Assembly: GCF_009914755.1 (NCBI RefSeq)
Contig: NC_060925.1
DNA: 64,000 nt
Reading direction: 5' to 3' (one strand)
DNA from: the human T2T-CHM13v2.0 reference genome, Homo sapiens
Shown: positions 58,622 through 64,000 of the stretch, piece after piece
Layout: every line of letters starts with the position of its first letter
How positions within the stretch are numbered: position 1 is the first letter of the stretch
The notes under the pieces: model-generated
Database searches by the model: none
What the model was told of the DNA's origin: nothing
Seen by the model: the letters and a program-made list of their open reading frames with translations, nothing else
Made by a program: the position numbers and the translations under genes

Positions 58622-58925
<304 letters not shown>

Positions 58926-59186
58926 GAATAGAAATAGAGTATGTAAATTCCAAATCAATAAAGAGGAAAAAATTAGAATAAGAAAATGCAAATAAGCAAA
59001 AATATCAACCATCCTCCTATCCCCCAAGAAAAAGGCAGGGTTAAGAATTTATTTGTTTTAAAAAAAAAAAAGCTCAGAAAAGTGGACCAAACTTAACTGA
59101 AAAGTCATATGATTGAAACAAGTCTAAATACAAAAAATACAATGTAGATGGAATAAATAGAGTTGGATTACTGACATTGTCAGATT

Positions 59187-60514
<1,328 letters not shown>

Positions 60515-60766
60515 TCCATTCCTTCTGGCATCTCAGACTTTTCTTTAAGATCACTTTCCTTCACCTGAAGTATATCCTTTGGAAGTTTCTTTAGTGAAGG
60601 TCTCTTTGAGTCATTCCTGAAGTACTAAAAATACAAGAATAGGAAATGTTTAAAATATAAGAATGGAACAAGGAAGATCAGGCAAATGCTAACCAAAAGT
60701 AAATGGGGATCCTTTATATCATTTATATTTATATTTTCAAAATAGACTTTCAGACAAAAAGCATTA

Positions 60767-61102
60767 CAGGTTGAGCATCTTAGCCTGAAAATGCAAAATC
60801 CGAAATGCTCAAAATATCAGCACTGACACGACACCACAAGTGAAAAATACCACAACTGACCTCATGTGATGGGGTCACAATCAAAACTTTGTTTCATGCA
60901 CAAAATTATTTAAAACATTGTATAAAATTACCTTCAGTCTATTAGTATAGGGTGTATATGAAATAAATGAATTTTATATTTAGACTTGGGTCCTGTTCCC
61001 AAGATATCTCATTATGTTTATATAAATATTCCTAAATGTGAAAAAATCCAAAATCTGAAACACTCTGGTTCCAAGCATTTTGGATAAGGGGTACTCACCC
61101 TG
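60767..61102. mobile_element. Tigger4a/Zombi (TcMar-Tigger)
   Basis: TA-flanked caggttgagcatc...ccaagcattttggataaggggtactcaccctg. Confidence 0.85.
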
Positions 61103-61266
61103 TAATAGAAAGAGGACAGAACTATATGTTATAATAAAAGGTTCATTTCACAAGGAAAATATTACCATTCTAAACCAGTATACATTCTTAAAGCCTCAAA
61201 GTACAAATTTATAGAACTTCATGGAAAAAGAATCCATCATCAGTGTGTGAAAATTCTCCACCAATT

Positions 61267-61297
<31 letters not shown>

Positions 61298-61336
61298 TCG
61301 TGTGTGTGTGTGTGTGTATGTTCGTATGTGTGTGTG
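61267..61336 (+). repeat. Interrupted (GT)n microsatellite
   Basis: Directly visible; tatgttcg interruptions are repeated. Confidence 0.9.
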
Positions 61337-61357
61337 GAAATTGAAAAGCTGATTCCT

Positions 61358-61704
<347 letters not shown>

Positions 61705-61743
61705 CTAGCCATGACAATCTTGGAAAAAGAAAGAAAAAATTTG

Positions 61744-62057
<314 letters not shown>

Positions 62058-62320
62058 TTTGAAGGGATTACACTACCAGATTTTAAGATTTCTTATGCAA
62101 CTACAGTAATTAAGACAGTGTGGAATCAGTGCAGGATAGACATATAAACCGCTGGAATAGAACACAGGAGCTGGAAACAGCCCCAGGCACATATTGATTT
62201 ATGAAGGTGGCAATGCAATGCAGTGGATTAAGGGTAGTCTTTTAAAGAACGGACACTGGGACGTTAGAGAAAAAGTGAAAGTTGACCCCTACCTCATACC
62301 ATAACAGTAAATGAATTCTA

Positions 62321-62633
62321 GGCCGGGCACAGTGGCTCACGCCTGTAATCGCAGCACTCTGGGAGTCCAAGGAAGGTGGATCACTTGAAGCCAGGAATTA
62401 GAGACCAGCCTGGCCAACATGGTGAAACCATGTCTCTACTAAAAATACAAAAATTAGCCAGGCGTGGTAGCACGTGCCTGTTATCCTGGCTACTCAGGAA
62501 GCTGAGGCAAAAGGATCGTTTGTACCCAGGAAGCAGAGGTTGCAGTGAGCTGAGATCATGCCACTGCACTCCAGCCTGGGCAAGACAGCGAGACTCCATC
62601 TCAATAAATCAATAAAATACATAAATAAATAAA
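62321..62633 (+). mobile_element. Alu
   Basis: Full dimer; TSD-like aattcta. Confidence 0.88.
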
Positions 62634-63747
62634 TTCTACATAGATTGAAGATCTAGTGTGAAACTTAAAAAAATTAAGCTCCTAAAAGATAATAGTAGAG
62701 AATATCTTCATGTCCATGTGGAGAAGCCTTAGGAGTTAAAAAGCACTAATCATAAAGGAAAGATTGATAAAGTTGATTAGATTAAAATTAAGAACTATTT
62801 ATGATTCCATTAAGAGAGCAGAAAGGCTTGCCACAGAGTAAGATAAGATATTTGAAATGCATATGATAAAGGCATTGTATCCAGAATATATGAAGAATGC
62901 CAGCAAAATAAGAAAAAGACATATTAGAAAAATATGCAACGGAGACCAGAATAAGCACTTCAAGCAGACTAACTATGAAGACTAACTTTGAAGAATGACT
63001 AACATTGAAGAAATGCTGAATCTCATTAGTAGTTGGGGAAATTAAAACAAAACAAAACAAAACAAAACAAAACAGGAGACATCATGAAATACCTACCAGA
63101 ATGGCTAAAATAAAAGATCATTCTAAGTGTTGACAAGAATGTGGAGCAACAGAAACTAGTAGGAGTGTAAATTGACATGACTACTTGGAGAATGGTTTAA
63201 TAGTATCATTTGCTAGATAGACAAACCTATGACCCAACAATTCTACTCATAGGTATATACCAAATGGAAATATATGTACTTGAGCATTAAAAGATATGCA
63301 CAAGAATGTTCTGGAAGCATTCATAATAGCTCCAAACTGGAAACAATCCAAATGCCCATCAGCAGGAAAATGCATAGATTATAGTATATTCCTACAATAG
63401 AATACTACACAGCAATGGGAATGATCAAACTACAGTTTGCCAGGCGCGGTGGCTAAACATAGGACATTAAATCCAAAATCTGTGGTAGGTGCATTCATAT
63501 CAGTAAATACCACCAGACCTTAAATGACATCTTTCCCTTCTTGATTGAACACTCAATATTTTCCTAAGAATTCCTCATGTTTTTTTCGATGACTGTGTAA
63601 GTCTCCTCCTCTGTGTGCTTCCTCTTTGCTTCCTAGTGTGATATGTTATACCCAAAATAAACTGAGACATTCTTAACAAAAATATTTAACCTCAACCTAA
63701 TCAAGTTTCTAGATGTAACTTCCAGCTTCTAGGAAGATTAAAAAACA

Positions 63748-64000
63748 TTTTTTTTTTTTTTTTGAGACAGAGTCTTGCTCTGTGGCCCAGGCTGGAAGTG
63801 CAGTGGGGCAATCTCAGTTCTTACAACCTCTGCCTCCCGGGTTCAAGCAATTCTCCTGCCTCAGCCTCCTGAGTAGCTGGTACTACAGGCTTCCGCCACC
63901 ACGCCTGGCTAATTTTTGTATTTTTAGTAGAGACCAGGTTTCACCATGTTGGCCAGGCTGGTCTCAAACTCCTGACCTCAAGCAATCCACCCACCTCAGC
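63748..64000 (-). mobile_element. Alu (AluS), cut by the window end
   Basis: Antisense Alu from the poly-T to the window edge. Confidence 0.9.

Overview
Human-like genomic DNA containing the complete SMAP2 gene (small ArfGAP2) on the + strand. There is a CpG-island promoter near 5.1-5.9 kb and ten coding exons from 5660 to 53662. These splice into an intact 1290-nt CDS (429 aa; I checked exon lengths and phases), followed by a 3' UTR with AATAAA at 54866. A young L1PA2-type LINE with an open ORF2 3' portion lies upstream (1-2420). The rest is repeat-rich, with about 37 Alu/FLAM copies, a solo LTR12C with a 4-bp TSD, MER2, MER20, MER30, Tigger4a and old L1/L2/MIR fragments. I see no clearly new biological system. 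The best second-look items are: (1) a degenerate antisense cTAGE5/MIA2 retrocopy in intron 1 that the ORF track misses; (2) a U12-type minor intron inside the ArfGAP domain; (3) a sense-oriented LTR12C with an altered core promoter; (4) a locally templated inverted insertion with snap-back junctions inside an Alu; (5) candidate poison or alternative first exons in intron 1; (6) a duplicated ~140-bp non-repeat module; and (7) consensus GRE and ERE palindromes. Repeat subfamily calls are from memory of consensus sequences, and repeat boundaries are approximate.
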